Both the position numbers and the translations under genes were made by a program. A stretch of DNA of 64,000 bases from positions 62,001 to 126,000 of the forward strand of contig CBFFRP010000410.1 in the NCBI GenBank assembly GCA_965644295.1, in the 5' to 3' direction. Shown here in pieces: positions 61,001-64,000 of this stretch. This DNA comes from Paraphysomonas bandaiensis (Eukaryota > Protista > Chrysophyceae). Each line of letters opens with the position of its first letter. Position 1 is the stretch's first letter. The notes under the pieces were generated by a model that was given only the letters and a program-made list of their open reading frames with translations, had not been told where the DNA came from and made no database searches.

Positions 61001-63866
61001 ACACTCGAGTGCACGAGGGTGTGAAGTGCATGTGCAGGAGAACCAGTAGAAAGGTCACTCGTCACACTATTTGCAGGAGACTCTACCTTTGCATAGGCAC
61101 CAACTATATCTTTCTCGTCCAAAAGTTCATGGAGATTTCCTGGAAGATTCTGTGTGTGACTGATAGTCGAATCGTCAAGATTATGGTTAGACGAGCACGT
61201 GGACATTACAGAAACATCCAATGCACTATCATCAGCACTGTTGAAGGACGGAAGGTCATCGTCTGGATTGTATGTCTCACTATGAGTCATAGACTTGCGG
61301 CGGCGCTGAAGTCTCTTGTTCTTTCGAGAGGAAACAGGAGTGCTACTGACACTCTTCCTGCGACTTTTTTTCGTTCTGGGAGGGGTGGAGAGTGAAATTG
61401 AGCTCCTTCGCTTACTACTCTCCTCTACCTCTTCATCCGACCCCTCACTAGCATTGGTAAGGCGATCCCACTCTTCAAGAATTCTAGAGTTTTCATCAGT
61501 AGCCTCATCATGTACTTCATCAGCAGCAGGTAAACTCCCAGCCATAGAAAATCGAGTCTTCACGTCATTTTGTCTCATGGGAGTAAAACTTGTAGTCGGT
61601 GATGTCTTATTGAATTCAACAGCTTGCGGCGACCCGAACATAACATTACGCTTGGACACAGACGCAACCGAAACGGAGGCTCTAGGCTTTTTGCGTGAAC
61701 TCAAACAACTGCGTAGTCCAATTGGAGCAGGCATTGAGTTGCCTTCAGTGGGAACTGCTGCGAGAGCGTTTTCGCCTTCAGGAGAGTTATAAGAGGGATA
61801 GCTAGGAATCGATTGCAATGTATCTGACCCAGAAGAAGCACGACGTAACTTCTTAGTAGCAGGTGTGCTACCTGGTGGGGGTAAGTTCTTCGTATTGGGT
61901 GACTCCAGAAAAGAACGCAAAGACCCCATAGTTGAAATAGTGTTGTCTTCATCACTTAGTGCACTTGTTTCCATATTGAAGCTATCGCTTTCTTTCTCAT
62001 CAGTACTGACATCAGATTCTATTCCTGTACGTCTCACTATGTCTTGCACATCTGCCAGCAGCTCAACTGTATTCACGGTTTCATCATCTCGAACAATATC
62101 GCTGTCGTCGGTGTGATTCTTCGTATACGGACTCTCAATACAGCTATCATCGGTATCGACAAGCGCGTCGCCCCGAAGACTGTCCTGTACTGATGATACA
62201 GGACTGTCAGTGCATTCTTTATTTGAACCGTGTTCTCCAAGGAGGGCATCAACAGAGCGCATAAGTACAATCGTGTCAACAGACTCTCTGGATCCAGGAC
62301 CACGAATGTCATTGCTGTCATCTGGTGACTGGAAGCTCTCTTCCCTCCGTCCTGACTCCGAATAACGAGAAGTGGCATGTTCCGCTTCAAGTTCCCGCAT
62401 CATAGCCTCGATATCAGAAGAATCGGCAGTCATGCGTCTACCCTGAAGGCCATCTAGAGACTTCTCACCTGCGGTACTGTTGTCCAATTCACTGGTGTCC
62501 TGCAAAAGTCCTTCTATTGCTGCAGACCCTCCTGTAAATGTCTCGCGTCGATTTGACTTGCCAACACTCTTCTCTCCCTTTGAGGAGCGCCTACTCTTAG
62601 ACTGTGAATTGCGCGAATTACTGGCAACAGATATATTCGCATTCATATCACTATTGGTGACAGTCCTCGCAAACCTCGGCGACCTCCTCGGTGATGGAGC
62701 AACAACACTGACAGATGACTCACGTAAGGGGCTAATCATCACCGATTCGTTAGTATCATTGCAAGAATCATTGATAGAATCATCGTCCATATGCCTCATC
62801 ATGCTCTGGATGTCATCCGGCTCGGCAGTGGCATGACTCTTGTTCGTGTCAAGGTCAAATGAATCATTAACAAGATGAAAATCATCTCCAGTGGAAACTA
62901 CACTATCCGCAGCACTAGACTGAACACTTGATCTACGTTTGTTCTTGCGAGAGGTACTTCGGCGTTTTACAGCAGCAACTTTCGATACAGAGGTGTCTGT
63001 ATCATCACTTTCAGATGTATTTGCACGAGAGAATCTCGGAGACCTTCTTGGTGAGGGTCTGATATCACTCTTCTCCGCTGGAGACTCGTATCCATCCATA
63101 GTACTGACTTCTTCTGACTGAGGTATGTTGCCTACACTGCTAGAAGTGCTGGTATCAGCTTCCTCCTCTTCGAGCTCCCGCATCATAGCCTCTATATCAG
63201 AGGGGTCGGCAGTCATGCGTCTAGAGGGGCGAGACGATGACATTTTACCTTCGTCAAACATCTGGCTAGTATTCGTACTGTCGTCCAATTCACTGGTGTC
63301 CTGCAAAAGTCCCTCTATTGCTGCAGACCCTCCTGTAAATGTTTCGCGCCGTTTTGACTTGCCCGAACTCTTCTCTCCCTTGGAGGAGCGCCTACTCATG
63401 TTCTGAGACTGTGAACTGTTCAGATTACTATCAACAGATATATTCGCGCTCATTTCGCCTGTGGCAATATGACTGGTGTTAAGCTCACTGATATTGCTGA
63501 CAGTACTATTGTTAGTATCTTCTTCAGTCTCCAGTTCACGCATCATCGCTTCAATATCGGACGGGTCAGCTGTCATGCGTCTGTCCACTCTCTGTGTACT
63601 GATATTTAAATCAGCATCGCTCGTATCACAGAGCATACTTTCCATTGCATCAGTCCCTCCAACAAATGTTTCACGCCTCTTCTTAGTGGTTGACTTGCCC
63701 GTTGATGGACGATAAGGCATATCACCAATCTGAATTATGGGTGATGTTTCAGCTGCTCCAAGCAAGCTTCCAAGACCATGTGAATCTTCCTCGGCATAGT
63801 TATTTTCTTTCGAGCTTGAATTTTTCAAGTTTGATTTATTAGCACTCTTCTTACTGGAGCTTCGTC
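58033..63866 (-). CDS. KNL1: Probable kinetochore scaffold KNL1/Spc105/Spc7 (5' end lies upstream, probably beyond the window)
   Basis: Long disordered S/D/E-rich region with repeats; SILK/RVxF-like pair (LRSCLS...KRNVMF); MELT-like T(M/E)xLExNL repeats; C-terminal coiled coil followed by a globular, RWD-sized domain. Last exons at about 58195-58501 and 58033-58153. Confidence 0.62.
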
Positions 63867-64000
63867 TGAGTGAGTAGTATATATATGAGTGGATATATAT
63901 GAGACTATCGTATCAACACACCTCAATTGAGTCTCTGCACGTGATAAGTTATCAATGATACTAAGTATCTGTGTTCTCCCACTCCCTGGAGTCTTTGGTG

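Noticed and set aside
1-64000. tRNA, rRNA or other ncRNA genes
   Set aside because: None recognised by eye; tRNAscan-SE or Infernal would be needed to exclude them.

Overview
Gene-dense eukaryotic nuclear DNA, not prokaryotic: GT-AG introns are short (about 45-70 nt) and there are no operons. A signal-peptide-led organellar GluRS suggests a complex plastid, and SSNA1 and a TTL-family gene suggest flagella, so an ochrophyte stramenopile (chrysophyte-like) is the best inference. About 22 protein genes are supported: a mitochondrion-targeted mesaconyl-CoA hydratase-like enzyme, FANCI, an alpha/beta hydrolase, a JmjC protein, TIP41, an RlmM/FtsJ-like methyltransferase, a hybrid histidine kinase, an unknown secreted protein, a serine carboxypeptidase, an LCM-family methyltransferase, SSNA1, GluRS, a mitochondrial carrier, a TTL-family ligase, an OTU protein with a signal peptide, ACSBG, a double-SET protein, an SPCA/PMR1 ATPase, DGAT2, an EF-hand-like protein and a probable KNL1/Spc105 that runs off the right edge. 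Mobile DNA includes a decayed Ty3/Gypsy element, a TIR-bounded MULE-SWIM element in a TA run, a 1.5 kb hAT-like element with an 8-bp TSD, and another relic bracketed by inverted repeats. The most interesting candidates are the bacterial-type Mch with a mitochondrial presequence, the KNL1 with atypical repeats and a central PP1 motif, and the signal-peptide OTU. All calls come from reading motifs by eye; no searches were run, and exon boundaries are approximate.
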